44,806 nt of DNA from an uncultured Verrucomicrobiae bacterium (GCA_963788655.1 CAWBHS010000010.1:1-44806), one strand, 5' to 3'. Numbered from the stretch's first letter, positions 9,530 through 19,238 are shown. Numbers and translations: made by a program. Notes: generated by a model from the sequence alone, not told the origin.

Positions 9530-10539
9530 TGATCCCTCCACTTGGCGTAGTCCTCGGCCACTCCCCTGCCCCATTCGCCATACCAGGAATATCCATTGCG
9601 GCGTTCGGCTTCGATTTCCTTCAGGTCATATTGCTTCACGCCATCGCGCCCGCTGAAGATGGGCCGGTTGGTTTCAATCTCGTAAAAGCGGGCCCACAAC
9701 GGCGGCGCCTTGGGGTCGGGCACGATGACTTTGTTACCATCGAGTTTGATTTGTCGAATCCCGGTCAGCTTGGCCGACTTGAACCACGACGCGCCCGCCT
9801 GAACAGCGCGCTGCACTTCGGGGCTTGGTTTATCGAGACTCATGAGCAGGCGCAAGATGCCGGCACTCTCGGCTCCGCTCAACGAAACCAGTTCGTAACT
9901 GCGCCCCGAACGCGGGCGATAATCCAATTCATCATGTTGCGCGCACCAGACGGTCAATCTGCCGCTCACGACGATCTGGCATTTGAGGATGCACTGCACG
10001 CCGCGGTCAAAGCTCGTTTGCGCGGCCCGGCGACGGTTTGCATCCACAAAGCCATAGTCCGGCAACGTGGCAACCTCGCGCAGAAATTCCATCAACCGCA
10101 CCATCGAACCATCGTTGAAGGTAATGTGCCGGTGATACTGGGTGCTCGGCGGATAAAACTGCGGCCAACCGCCCGTCGGATACTGGGCCTGGAGAATGTG
10201 GTCCAGACCTTTAAGGAACGCCCGCTGACAACGCGCATCCTGGTTCGCACGAAAGGCGCGGGCCAGAAACCGCAATTCACCCGTCGTTGCCCCGTTGTCA
10301 AAGGTGCCATGGAGTTTTCCCGGGACGCCCGTGAATGGCTTGGTGGTCGTGTCGGTGTTCTTCGGCCAACTGCCCGCGACGGATTGCCAGGAGAGAATGT
10401 TCTCGGTGATCTGCTTGCCTTCCGAACTCCGATACCAGTCATCGGATTTTTGGCGGTACGTATTCCACGAATTGGCGGCCGGTAGATCGAGCAGGCCGGC
10501 GAGCAGCAGGCATAGGCCGAGCATGATTGAATATTTCAC
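9517..10539 (-). CDS. Pectate lyase, polysaccharide lyase family 10 (PelA-like)
   Basis: WQSVAGSWPKN, TFDNGAT, AQYPTGGWPQFYP, YHRHITFND, WCAQHD, RSYE, WARFYE and ERRNGYSW motifs; signal peptide MLGLCLLLAGLL. Start may be GTG 10539 or ATG 10524; the frame stays open up to ATG 10887. Confidence 0.92.
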   Translation of the reverse strand: MKYSIMLGLCLLLAGLLDLPAANSWNTYRQKSDDWYRSSEGKQITENILSWQSVAGSWPKNTDTTTKPFTGVPGKLHGTFDNGATTGELRFLARAFRANQDARCQRAFLKGLDHILQAQYPTGGWPQFYPPSTQYHRHITFNDGSMVRLMEFLREVATLPDYGFVDANRRRAAQTSFDRGVQCILKCQIVVSGRLTVWCAQHDELDYRPRSGRSYELVSLSGAESAGILRLLMSLDKPSPEVQRAVQAGASWFKSAKLTGIRQIKLDGNKVIVPDPKAPPLWARFYEIETNRPIFSGRDGVKQYDLKEIEAERRNGYSWYGEWGRGVAEDYAKWRDQWLK

Positions 10540-10613
10540 AGAGGATAGAATTGATCTGCGATTCCCGCTCACCAGTGATCCAATCGCGCGCCGCGGAGAT
10601 GTGACCAAAACCA

Positions 10614-10782
10614 GGTAGGGCGAGACTCCGTCGAGCCCTGACTTCCTCGGAAGGGCTCCATTGGCAGCTCGATGTTCAAAGGGACATCCTTGACGCTCGA
10701 TCACCCAAACCTTTCCACCGATATCGTCGGCGAGGGGAGGCGCAGGAGGGGAATTTGGGTCTCGACGGAGTCGCGCCCTACC
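10614..10782. repeat. REP-like inverted pair, family GGTAGGGCGAGACTCCGTCGAGCC, copy 2
   Basis: Arm 10614-10639 is identical to 5853-5878. Inverted arm 10757-10782 GGGTCTCGACGGAGTCGCGCCCTACC. Confidence 0.85.
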
Positions 10783-11109
10783 GGTAAAGGTGAAGACAAA
10801 TCGGCGCGGCAACCGCCAACGAATCCGCTTCTTCATGTCAGCGGCTACCCGTTTCAAACTCGCTTTCAGATCGATTCTTTGATTCATTTCGGCTTTGTTT
10901 GTCGGCGCTCGGAAACCTTCCTATCCAAGCGATTGAATCAGATGTTACCTTCGGTCCCCATCGCCTTTGCCGGTCGGATTCGCAGTCCACTGAGCACAAC
11001 CATTCCGCCAGCCATTCCCGGGAGCTTGGGTGGTTTTCAGCAGACCATCAGACCGCTTCGAAGTCAAATCCGGGTTGCAATGTTCGCCAAACCGGCTACA
11101 GTCCTCGGC

Positions 11110-11499
11110 GTGAAGCGGTTCGTCAAAGCCATTGCCCTGTTGTTGCTGGCCCTGTGGGTGCCGGTGACTGAGCATTGTCGGCTGGAAACGATTCCCGACC
11201 TGAGTTTCCTCTCTTATTCCTGCCAAAGCGAACAAGCCCCCCACCAGGACACCGACTGTCAGGACGATTTCTGCAGCTCCGTCGAGTCGGGCGGTTACAA
11301 AGTGGAGGACAATCCCTCTTTTACTCTTCAACCGATTGCGCCCGTATCTGCGGCGGCGGACTTTCTGCTGGCTGAATTGCAGCCGTCCTCGCAGCCCTTC
11401 CCCGCCCAGTCAAACTGGGCACCGCCCGAGCTTTCCCAAACCTGGCAGTTCCGCTTCCGCGCGGCCCCGCGGGTTCGCGCCCCTTCTCTCGTTTCATAG
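11110..11499 (+). CDS. Small Cys/His-containing exported leader protein (DUF2946/CruR-like organisation) ending in RAPS
   Basis: GTG start, 129 aa: hydrophobic N-terminus (AIALLLLALWVP), HC..C..H..C....C region, Pro-rich linker, C-terminal WQFRFRAAPRVRAPSLVS. Sits immediately upstream of the czc operon. Confidence 0.7.
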   Translation: MKRFVKAIALLLLALWVPVTEHCRLETIPDLSFLSYSCQSEQAPHQDTDCQDDFCSSVESGGYKVEDNPSFTLQPIAPVSAAADFLLAELQPSSQPFPAQSNWAPPELSQTWQFRFRAAPRVRAPSLVS

Positions 11500-11570
11500 A
11501 CCGTCCCGCTGCGGACGAAGTTCAAGTGCCGCAGTGCGCGTTCACGCTGCGGGTGTCTGCTTGTAATCCG

Positions 11571-11591
11571 TTGGCCCTCGAAGGGAGCCAA
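11571..11591 (+). promoter_or_regulatory. Hairpin overlapping the czcC Shine-Dalgarno sequence
   Basis: TTGG-CCCT-CGA-AGGG-AG-CCAA can pair and contains AAGGGAG 5 nt before ATG 11593. Two more GC hairpins at ~11502-11517 and ~11529-11552. Confidence 0.45.
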
Positions 11592-11592
11592 T

Positions 11593-13050
11593 ATGCCTAT
11601 GAAACTGAAAATCATTTCAACATTTTGCCTACAGTTAACCGGTGTTCCTCACCGCCTCGGAGGGCGGATACCTTCATCCGTGCGAAGCATCCATAGAAGA
11701 AGTGTGGACAAAGTCGTCCGCGCTCCAATCGCTGCCCTAACCAACCGGGCTTGCGGCGAGAAACGCTCGTCGGTCTTTGCTTTGATTTTGGCGCTCATCA
11801 GCAGCTCCCTGATGGCCAACGCCAGCCAGGAAACACAAGCCTCGGCTGCGCCGGAGAAGCCGACGATCGCAACCAACGTGCTGACTTTGGATGCCGCCAT
11901 TGCTCTGGCCCTCACGCACAATCCAACGTTACGGGCGGTCGGGGGAAAAGTGACGGCCGCCGCCGGTCGGGCTGAGCAAGCCCGTGTGTGGTCAAATCCC
12001 GAACTCGAACTCAGCGCCGAGGAGTGGCCAGTAGGTGGCGGCCGTGGATTCTCGGACGCCAAGCAGACCATCGGCGTGGCGCAAACGCTGCCGTTCCCGG
12101 GAAAGAAATCGCTGGACCGCCGGATTGGGCGCGCGGGGGTGCGCGTGAGCGAGTTGGAGTTGGAACTGCGGCGGCTCGAACTGGTGCGCGATGTCAAAGC
12201 AGCGTTCTTCCGCGTACTCACGGCGGATCGTTTGCTGAATGCTGTCCACGAACTCGAACAAGTGGCGGAATCCTCGGCGGCAACCGCCCAGAAGCGGGTG
12301 GCAGCCGGCGCTACGCCTTACCAGGAGCAACTGCGGGCGGAGATTCAATTGGAACAGGCCCGAACCACTCACGCGGATTACCAACGAACCTTGGCGGCAG
12401 CCCGGGAAATTCTCTTCACCCTGATGGGCCGCCCCGATCAGCAGCACCTGGCGGTATCCGGAACCCTTGCCGAGACGCCCAACCAGAGCCTTTTGGAGCG
12501 GGACGAAGCCGCTTGGCTGCCGACGCATCCGAGTGTGGCCGCGGCCAACGCCAACGTGGCCCGGGCCCAACTGGAAGTTCGCCGCGCCAGTCTCGATCCC
12601 TATCCTGATGTTACCGTCGGCGTTGCGGGTGGACGACGGGGCGAGAGCGACGAGTCGATTGTAGAACTGCGTTTCTCGCTGCCGCTGCCCCTCCTGGACC
12701 GTTCAAAAGGTCGGCAACAGGAATTCCGCGCGAACATGGTGGTCGCCGAAGCTGAACTGCGCGCGATTCGACAGCAGTTGCAGCGCGACTGGGCCAACGC
12801 CTCCCAGCGATACCGGACTGCCGTCGATCAAGTCGCCAAGTACCGGGAGCGCATTCTCCCCAAAGCGACGGAGGCGTTGCGATTGGTGCAAACCGGTTTT
12901 CAAGAAGGCAAGTTCAGCTTCATCGATCTGCTGGACACCCAACGCACCACCGCTGAAGCCCAATTGGTTTACCAGAAGAAACTGTTGGAAATGAACCTCG
13001 CCCAGGCCGAACTCGAAGCACTGCTGCACGCTCAGTTAACCAACCGCTAA
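11593..13050 (+). CDS. czcC: Outer-membrane efflux factor (TolC/CzcC family)
   Basis: LTLDAAIALALTHNPTL, WSNPELEL, Q-x-LPFPGKK, SLPLPLLDR and GFQEGKFSFIDLLDTQR motifs. SD AAGGGAG. First gene of the OMF-MFP-RND-CDF cluster. Confidence 0.88.
   Translation: MPMKLKIISTFCLQLTGVPHRLGGRIPSSVRSIHRRSVDKVVRAPIAALTNRACGEKRSSVFALILALISSSLMANASQETQASAAPEKPTIATNVLTLDAAIALALTHNPTLRAVGGKVTAAAGRAEQARVWSNPELELSAEEWPVGGGRGFSDAKQTIGVAQTLPFPGKKSLDRRIGRAGVRVSELELELRRLELVRDVKAAFFRVLTADRLLNAVHELEQVAESSAATAQKRVAAGATPYQEQLRAEIQLEQARTTHADYQRTLAAAREILFTLMGRPDQQHLAVSGTLAETPNQSLLERDEAAWLPTHPSVAAANANVARAQLEVRRASLDPYPDVTVGVAGGRRGESDESIVELRFSLPLPLLDRSKGRQQEFRANMVVAEAELRAIRQQLQRDWANASQRYRTAVDQVAKYRERILPKATEALRLVQTGFQEGKFSFIDLLDTQRTTAEAQLVYQKKLLEMNLAQAELEALLHAQLTNR
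11659..11726. repeat. Degenerate REP-like palindrome (GGAGCGCGGAC-type) inside the czcC 5' coding region
   Basis: GGAGGGCGGA...TCCGCGCTCC outer arms pair with one mismatch; each arm has an internal hairpin (CGGAtaccttcaTCCG; GGACaaagtcGTCC). Confidence 0.55.
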
Positions 13051-13072
13051 ACCGCCAATTACAAGAAGTTCT

Positions 13073-14662
13073 ATGAACATGTTGAATTCTTTGTTTCGAA
13101 AACAGACCCACAAGTGCATTAGCAATAAAGCGGCACTTTTGCTTCCCCGCCATCCTGAAGCGCCAGGGATGCGCTCACCCCTCACCCGCCCTTCGGGCAC
13201 CCTCTCCCCTTTGAGGGGAGAGGGAGAATCAACGAGACGTCTTCGAAGGTTCGACCGCCCGCGAACCTGGCGGTACCCGCAGCGCAATTTGCGCCGACGC
13301 ACCACCACCTCTGGGCACGTCTGTGGGTTTCCAGACCGTTCATCGGCGGTTCCCTCTCCCCTCAACGGGGAGAGGGTTAGGGCAAGGGGTGAGAACCACC
13401 ATTGGCGTTGGCGGGGACACAACATATTCGTATTATTCATCTTTTCCCTGCTAGTCGGCTGTTCGCCGCCAAAAGAAGCCGAGTCGCACGCCGGACATGA
13501 TCACGCGCATCAGGAAGCCACCGAGACATCCGATGCCGCAACAGGCGTCGTGATGTGCGCCGAGCATGCTGTTCCCCTCGCCGAGTGCGGCATCTGCAAA
13601 CCGGAACTAATCGCCAGCTTGCAATCCGGACAGTCCCTTAAAGTGCGCTTGCCCGCCGCTGAATCAGCCCGTCTGGCTGGCGTGCAAACGGCAGCGGCGA
13701 CCAATGGCCCGATCGCTGAGGGCATGGAGGCTTACGCCGAAATCGAGTTCAACCAAAACAAACTCGCCCAGATCGTGGCGCCGGTCAGCGGGATCATCCA
13801 GGCGGTGGAAGCGGACCTTGGCAGTAAGGTGCAGGAAAACCAAGTGGTCGCTAAAATCTGGTCGGCCAGCATCGCCGAAGCCGTGGCCAAAGCCGTGTTG
13901 ACTCACCAGACCCTCGAACGCGAGCGCAAGCTGCGCGCCGAGCGCGTGACTTCGGAGAAGGATTTGCAGCAAGCCGAAGCGGAGCATCGCGCCTCCTGCC
14001 AGCAACTGCGCACGCTGGGATTCACCGAAGAACAGATCGACGCGCTGGGCGCCCGACCGCAGGAATCGGTGCTCCTGGAAGTACGCGCTCCGTTTGCCGG
14101 TGAAATTGTCGAACGCACCGCCGTCCGCGGCGCCTTGGTGGAATTGGGACGTCCGCTCTTCACGCTGGCTGACCGCACCACGATGTGGGCCATGCTAAAC
14201 ATTCCCGAAACCGCGCTCGCCCGCGTCCGCACCGGCCAGCGCGTGGAATTGCGCGTGGACTCGTTGCCGGACCAGACGTTCACCGGGACGCTGACATGGA
14301 TCGGCGCGGAAATCGATGAACGCAGCCGCATGGCACGCGCCCGCGTCGAAGTGTCTAATCCGGATGAGGTGCTCAAAGCCAAGATGTACGCCCAAGCTCG
14401 CATCCTGACCCGAACCAACGAAGGTGCCTTGGTGCTGCCCACCTCGGCCATTCAACGCGTCGCCAGCAAGCCGTTTGTCTTTGTCCAGCTCGCCGACGAT
14501 TTGTTCGAAGCACGCGCCGTCCGCACTGGTGCCACGTTCAACGGAGAAGTTGAAATCCGCGACGGGGTGAAGCCCGGCGAGCAAGTGGTGGTGAACCATG
14601 GGTTCTCTGTGAAATCGCAACTGCTCATCTCACGCCTCGGGGCCGGCTGTGCCGACGATTGA
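13073..14662 (+). CDS. czcB: RND periplasmic adaptor (CzcB/CusB family), lipoprotein-like, with repeat-derived N-terminal extension
   Basis: APVSGII, VRAPFAGEIVER, TMWAMLNIPE, RARVEVSNP and V-x-TG...VEI-x-x-G motifs; lipobox-like SLLVGC; His-rich HAGHDHAH and C-x-EH...C-x-x-C segments. Confidence 0.88.
   Translation: MNMLNSLFRKQTHKCISNKAALLLPRHPEAPGMRSPLTRPSGTLSPLRGEGESTRRLRRFDRPRTWRYPQRNLRRRTTTSGHVCGFPDRSSAVPSPLNGERVRARGENHHWRWRGHNIFVLFIFSLLVGCSPPKEAESHAGHDHAHQEATETSDAATGVVMCAEHAVPLAECGICKPELIASLQSGQSLKVRLPAAESARLAGVQTAAATNGPIAEGMEAYAEIEFNQNKLAQIVAPVSGIIQAVEADLGSKVQENQVVAKIWSASIAEAVAKAVLTHQTLERERKLRAERVTSEKDLQQAEAEHRASCQQLRTLGFTEEQIDALGARPQESVLLEVRAPFAGEIVERTAVRGALVELGRPLFTLADRTTMWAMLNIPETALARVRTGQRVELRVDSLPDQTFTGTLTWIGAEIDERSRMARARVEVSNPDEVLKAKMYAQARILTRTNEGALVLPTSAIQRVASKPFVFVQLADDLFEARAVRTGATFNGEVEIRDGVKPGEQVVVNHGFSVKSQLLISRLGAGCADD
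13174..13393. repeat. Inverted pair of CCCTCTCCC...GGGAGAGGG palindromes, copy 1 (inside the czcB ORF)
   Basis: Arm 13174-13228 ctcacccctcacccgcccttcgggcaccctctcccctttgaggggagagggagaa; inverted arm 13350-13393 ttccctctcccctcaacggggagagggttagggcaaggggtgag. Confidence 0.85.
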
Positions 14663-14701
14663 TGAACCGGCAAATGCAACACGCGTATCTGGAATGTGTT
14701 C

Positions 14702-14835
14702 GTAGCGCAGATTTTCAATCTGCTGTATCGCCGAATTGCATTCGGCAGGGCGTCCAAATTCTTGCATCGGTCGCGAGCTACGGACGCCAGGCAGATTGCA
14801 AATCGGCGATACAGCAGAGTAGAACTCTGCGCTAC
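14702..14835. repeat. REP-like inverted pair, family GTAGCGCAGATTTTCAATCTGCTGTATCGC
   Basis: GTAGCGCAGATTTTCAATCTGCTGTATCGCCGA ... TCGGCGATACAGCAGAGTAGAACTCTGCGCTAC. Confidence 0.85.
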
Positions 14836-14933
14836 CTTACCTGGACCCCTTTCCTGCACGCCAAGTCAAAACTCCAGCCGGTTTGCCGACACTGGGGCGA
14901 ATCGCTGCGTTGTCGAAGTGCGGACGCCAAGCT

Positions 14934-15108
14934 CCCCCTCACCCCGGTCCTCTCCCTCGGAGAGAGGGAGAATCGCACTATGGGTTCGATCCTTCGAACG
15001 GCGTATGTGCAAACGGATCAAAGGCGGCACCTGCGATTGGTCTTTACGAACGACCCGCGGCGGCCGACGGCTCTTCCCTCTCCTTGGGGAGAGGGTCAGG
15101 GTGAGGGG
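14934..15108. repeat. Inverted pair of CCCTCTCCC...GGGAGAGGG palindromes, copy 2
   Basis: ccccctcaccccggtcctctccctcggagagagggagaa (14934-14972) and ttccctctccttggggagagggtcagggtgagggg (15074-15108). Confidence 0.85.
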
Positions 15109-15211
15109 AATCGTCCGCCCGAGCCGTTCCACGGCTGTCGGTTTACCCGTGAATGTCCAACTCTGGTAGTCCTTCGGCAAAGCCGGAGGCTTCCCTCCAA
15201 ATGAAACCATA

Positions 15212-18200
15212 ATGTTAAACTGGCTCATCAATTTCTCTCTGAAGCATCGCCTGCTGGTTTGTGTGCTGGCCGCCCTCCTGCTGGTGGTTGGCGTCCGCTC
15301 GCTGCTGCGTCTGCCGGTGGATGCCTTTCCGGACACGACCCCGGTGCAGGTGCAAATCAACACCAGCGTGCCGTCGCTGAGCCCGCAGGAAGCCGAGCAA
15401 CAAGTCACGCTGCCCATCGAACTGGCCATCAGCGGTCTGCCGGGGCTGCAAAATGTCCGCTCGATTTCCAAGTTTGGTCTATCGCAAGTCGTGGCGACGT
15501 TCGCGGACGACACCAGCATTTATCAGGCGCGGCAACTGATCAGCGAGCGCCTGCAAAGTGTCGAACTGCCGGCCGAGATTCCGCGGCCTCAACTCGGCCC
15601 CATTTCTACCGGCTTGGGCGAGGTGTTCCATTACGCGGTGCGCTCGGATCGAACCGACCGCACCCTGACCGAGCTGCGGGAACTGCACGACTGGGTCATT
15701 AAACCGGAGTTGCGCAAAGTGCCCGGCGTGGCCGAGGTCAACACTTGGGGCGGTTTCGAGAAGCAATATCACGTCGTGGCCGATCCGGACCTGCTGGTCA
15801 AATACGGGCTCACGCTGGAGGAACTGTTTGCAGCGCTACAGGCCAACAACCAGAACGTGGGCGGCGGCCAGATGGTGCGCGGCGGGGAAGCGCTGCTGGT
15901 CCACGGCCTGGGTCTCGACTACGAACACAACGCAGATCGGCAACATCGTCATCGCCGCCCACGACGGCGTCCCGGTGCATGTGCGCGAAGTGGCCACAGT
16001 GAAGGTGGACCATGAAATTCGCCGCGGCGCGGTGACCGCCGAAGGCCAGGGTGAAATTGTCCTGGGCCTGGGCTTCATGCTGATGGGCGAAAACAGCGCG
16101 GTCGTCACGCACGCGCTCAAGGCGAAACTGGCCGAGGTGCAAAAGACCTTGCCGCCCGACGTGAAGGTGGAAGTGTTGTACGATCGCACCGAATTGGTGG
16201 ACAAGGTCATTCGCACCGTCGAACACAACCTTCTTGCCGGTGCATTGCTGGTGGTCGCGGTGCTGTTCGCTTTTCTGGGCAACCTGCGGGCGGGGCTCAT
16301 CGTGGCGGCGGCCATTCCGCTCTCGATGCTGTTCGCCGGTAATCTCATGCTGCAAGCCGGCATTGCCGCCAGCCTGCTGAGCCTGGGCGCGGTGGATTTC
16401 GGTCTGATCGTGGACGGCTCGGTGGTGATGGTGGAAAACGCCATGCGTCGCCTGGCGGGGCGCCAGCGGGAGCTGGGGCGCCCGCTGACGGAAACGGAAC
16501 GCCGGCAGCTCGTGGCGGAAGCTCCGCTGGAAGTGGCGCGGCCGGTGGCGTTCGGGGTGGGCATCATTTTGATCGTGTTCCTGCCGATCCTGACGCTGGA
16601 AGGCGTCGAAGGAAAAATGTTCAAGCCGATGGCGCTCACGATGATTTTCGCGCTGGCGGGATCGTTGTTACTGGCGCTGACGCTTGATACCGGTGCTGGC
16701 TTCGCTGCTGCTGCCCCGCGAAGTGAAGGAACAGGAGCCGTGGCTGGTGCGATTGGCGCATCGGATCTACGAACCGGTTTTGCGGCTGGCGATGCGTTTC
16801 CGCCGGGCGACGCTGCTGGGCGCCCTGGCACTACTGGCCGGGGTAGGCGTCCTGGCCACGCGCATGGGCGGCGAATTTCTGCCCAAGCTGGGCGAGCAGG
16901 CGATTGTCGGCACGAGCGTCCGCCTGGCGGGCATTTCGGTGGATGAAGCCGTAGCCTAGAACGACCGCATTGAGCAACTGCTATTGGCGGAGTTTCCCGA
17001 CGAGATCGAACACATCTGGACCCGCCTGGGCACGGCGGAAGTGGCCACGGATCCCATGGGCGTCGAACTGTCGGACTTCTTCCTCGCCCTCAAGCCCCGC
17101 CCCGAATGGAAGAAAGCGCACACCCAACTGGAATTGGTCGAGTAGATGCGCGAGCTGTTCGTCAAACTGCCGGGCATGACCGTCGCCTTCAGCCAGCCGA
17201 TTGAGATGCGTATGAACGAATTGATTGCCGGCATTCGCTCCGACATCGGCATCAAGATCTACGGCGATGATTTGGAAACGTTGCGGCGGCTCGGTGACGA
17301 AGTGCAGCAGGTGTTGAACGGCATTCCCGGAGTGGGCGAAGTCAGCGGCGAGCAGCTCACCGGGCAATTGGTGCTCCAGGTCAAAGTCGATCCGCAGGCC
17401 ATCGCCCGGTTTGGCGTCCCCGCCCGCAATGTGTTGAACGTGGTGGAAGCCGTCGGCACCAAGAAAGTGGGCGAAGTGCGCGAAGGGCAACGGCGTTTTC
17501 CGCTGGTCGTCCGCCTGCCCGACCGCCAACGCACCGATCCCGACGCGCTGGCCGCCACGCTGATTCCCACCGCCACCGGCTCGGTTCTGCCGCTCAATCG
17601 GGTGGCGCAGGTGGTGGAAACCGAAGGCCCGGCCACGATCAACCGCGAATGGGGCCGGCGGCGCATCACCGTGCAGTGCAATGTGCGGGGCCGCGACGTG
17701 GGGAGCTTTGTGGCCGAGGCTCGGCGGCAGATCGCGGAGCAAGTCCAACTGCCCGAAGGCTACACCCTTGAATGGGGCGGGCAGTTTGAGAACATGGAAC
17801 GCGCCAATCGCACGTTGCTGTTCGTCGTGCCGCTGGCATTGGGACTGATCTTCGTGTTGTTGTATTTCAGCCTCGGTTCGTTGCGGGACGTGGTGATCGT
17901 GGCCACCGGCATTCCGCTGGGCGCGGTGGGAGGCGTGTTGGCGTTGTGGGTGCGCGGCATGCCGTTTACGGTCAGCGCCGCCGTCGGGTTCATCGCCTTG
18001 AGTGGAGTGGCGATCTTGAACGGGTTGGTGCTGGTGACGTTTATCAATCAGAAACGAGCCGCCGGCATTCCGCTGGAGACGGCCGTGCGCGAAGGATGTC
18101 TGGTGCGGCTGCGCCCGGTGCTGATGACCGCCCTGGTGGCGGCGGCCGGCTTCATCCCCATGGCGGTGAACGTCGGCGTGGGCGGCGAGGTTCAGCGTCC

Positions 18201-18324
18201 CCTGGCCACGGTGGTGATTGGGGGCATTTTAACCAACACGGTGTTGACGCTCTTGGTCCTGCCCACGCTTTATGTTACGTTCCAACAAAAAAGGAACCAT
18301 TTGAAGCCGGCAACCGCTGCATGA
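15212..18324 (+). CDS. czcA: Heavy-metal efflux RND permease (CzcA-type); as sequenced, interrupted by 2 insertions (~15916, ~16685) and 2 in-frame TAGs (16957, 17143)
   Basis: LPVDAFPD, RSISKFGLS, TGLGEVF, CzcA-type AVDFGLIVDGSVVMVEN, FSQPIEMRMNEL, RLRPVLMTALVA and EVQRPLATVVIGG. Pieces join to ~1036 aa. Could be a pseudogene or carry sequencing errors. Confidence 0.85.
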
Positions 18325-19238
18325 CTCACGCCCACGACCATCACCACCATCACCATCCGCCGCCGGGCAACTACCATCGCGCGTTCGGCATTGGCGTCGC
18401 GCTGAACCTGGCCTACATCGCCGTCGAAGCTTTCTTCGGCTTCCGCGTCAATTCGTTGGCCCTGCTGGCCGATGCGGGACACAACTTAAGCGACGTGCTC
18501 ACCCTGCTGCTGGCCTGGGGAGCAGCGTGGATTTCTACGTTTCAACCCACGCCCCAACGCACCTACGGTTGGCGCAAGTCGTCCATTCTCGCGGCTTTGT
18601 TCAACTCCATCCTGCTGGTGCTGGCCATGGGCGGCATCGCCTGGGAGGCGGTTCACCGCTTCGGGCAACCTCAACCCGTGGCGGGCGGAACCATCATGCT
18701 GATCGCCGGCTTCGGGGTCGTGGTGAACACGGCCACGGCGCTGTTGTTCATGAAAGGGCGGCAACACGATCTCAATGTCAAAGGCGCCTTCCTGCACATG
18801 GCGGCCGATGCGGGCGTTTCCGGTGGCGTGGTGATGGCCGGATTGCTCATCCAGCAAACCGGCTGGCAATGGCTGGATCCGGCCGTCAGCTTGGGCATCG
18901 TGATCGTCATCGGCTTCAGCACCTGGGGCTTGCTGCGCGATTCGGTCAACTTGGTGTTGGACGCCGTGCCGGCGGGCATCGATGTTCCGGCGGTGGAAAC
19001 GTATCTCGCCGGACTACCGGGCATCCACGCGGTTCATGATCTGCACATCTGGGGGATGAGCACCACCCAGATCGCGCTGACCGCGCATTTGGTAAAACCG
19101 GACGCGCAAATCGATGATGAAATGTTGGCCCGAATTCGGGAAGAACTGCACGAGCATTTCGGCATCGAACACATCACCATTCAACTGGAGCGTGGCGGGC
19201 CCTGCGAATGCCGACAAGCGGCGCCCGGCTCGCTCTGA
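18321..19238 (+). CDS. czcD: Cation diffusion facilitator (CzcD/ZitB family)
   Basis: His-rich N-terminus MTHAHDHHHHHH, SLALLADAGHNLSD, TYGWRK, NVKGAFLHMAAD, HDLHIW and HITIQLE. ATGA overlap with the czcA stop. Confidence 0.92.
   Translation: MTHAHDHHHHHHPPPGNYHRAFGIGVALNLAYIAVEAFFGFRVNSLALLADAGHNLSDVLTLLLAWGAAWISTFQPTPQRTYGWRKSSILAALFNSILLVLAMGGIAWEAVHRFGQPQPVAGGTIMLIAGFGVVVNTATALLFMKGRQHDLNVKGAFLHMAADAGVSGGVVMAGLLIQQTGWQWLDPAVSLGIVIVIGFSTWGLLRDSVNLVLDAVPAGIDVPAVETYLAGLPGIHAVHDLHIWGMSTTQIALTAHLVKPDAQIDDEMLARIREELHEHFGIEHITIQLERGGPCECRQAAPGSL

Noticed and set aside
17946..18320. N-terminal extension of the CDF ORF in the track
   Set aside because: It overlaps czcA; the His-rich ATG at 18321 with ATGA coupling is the better start.
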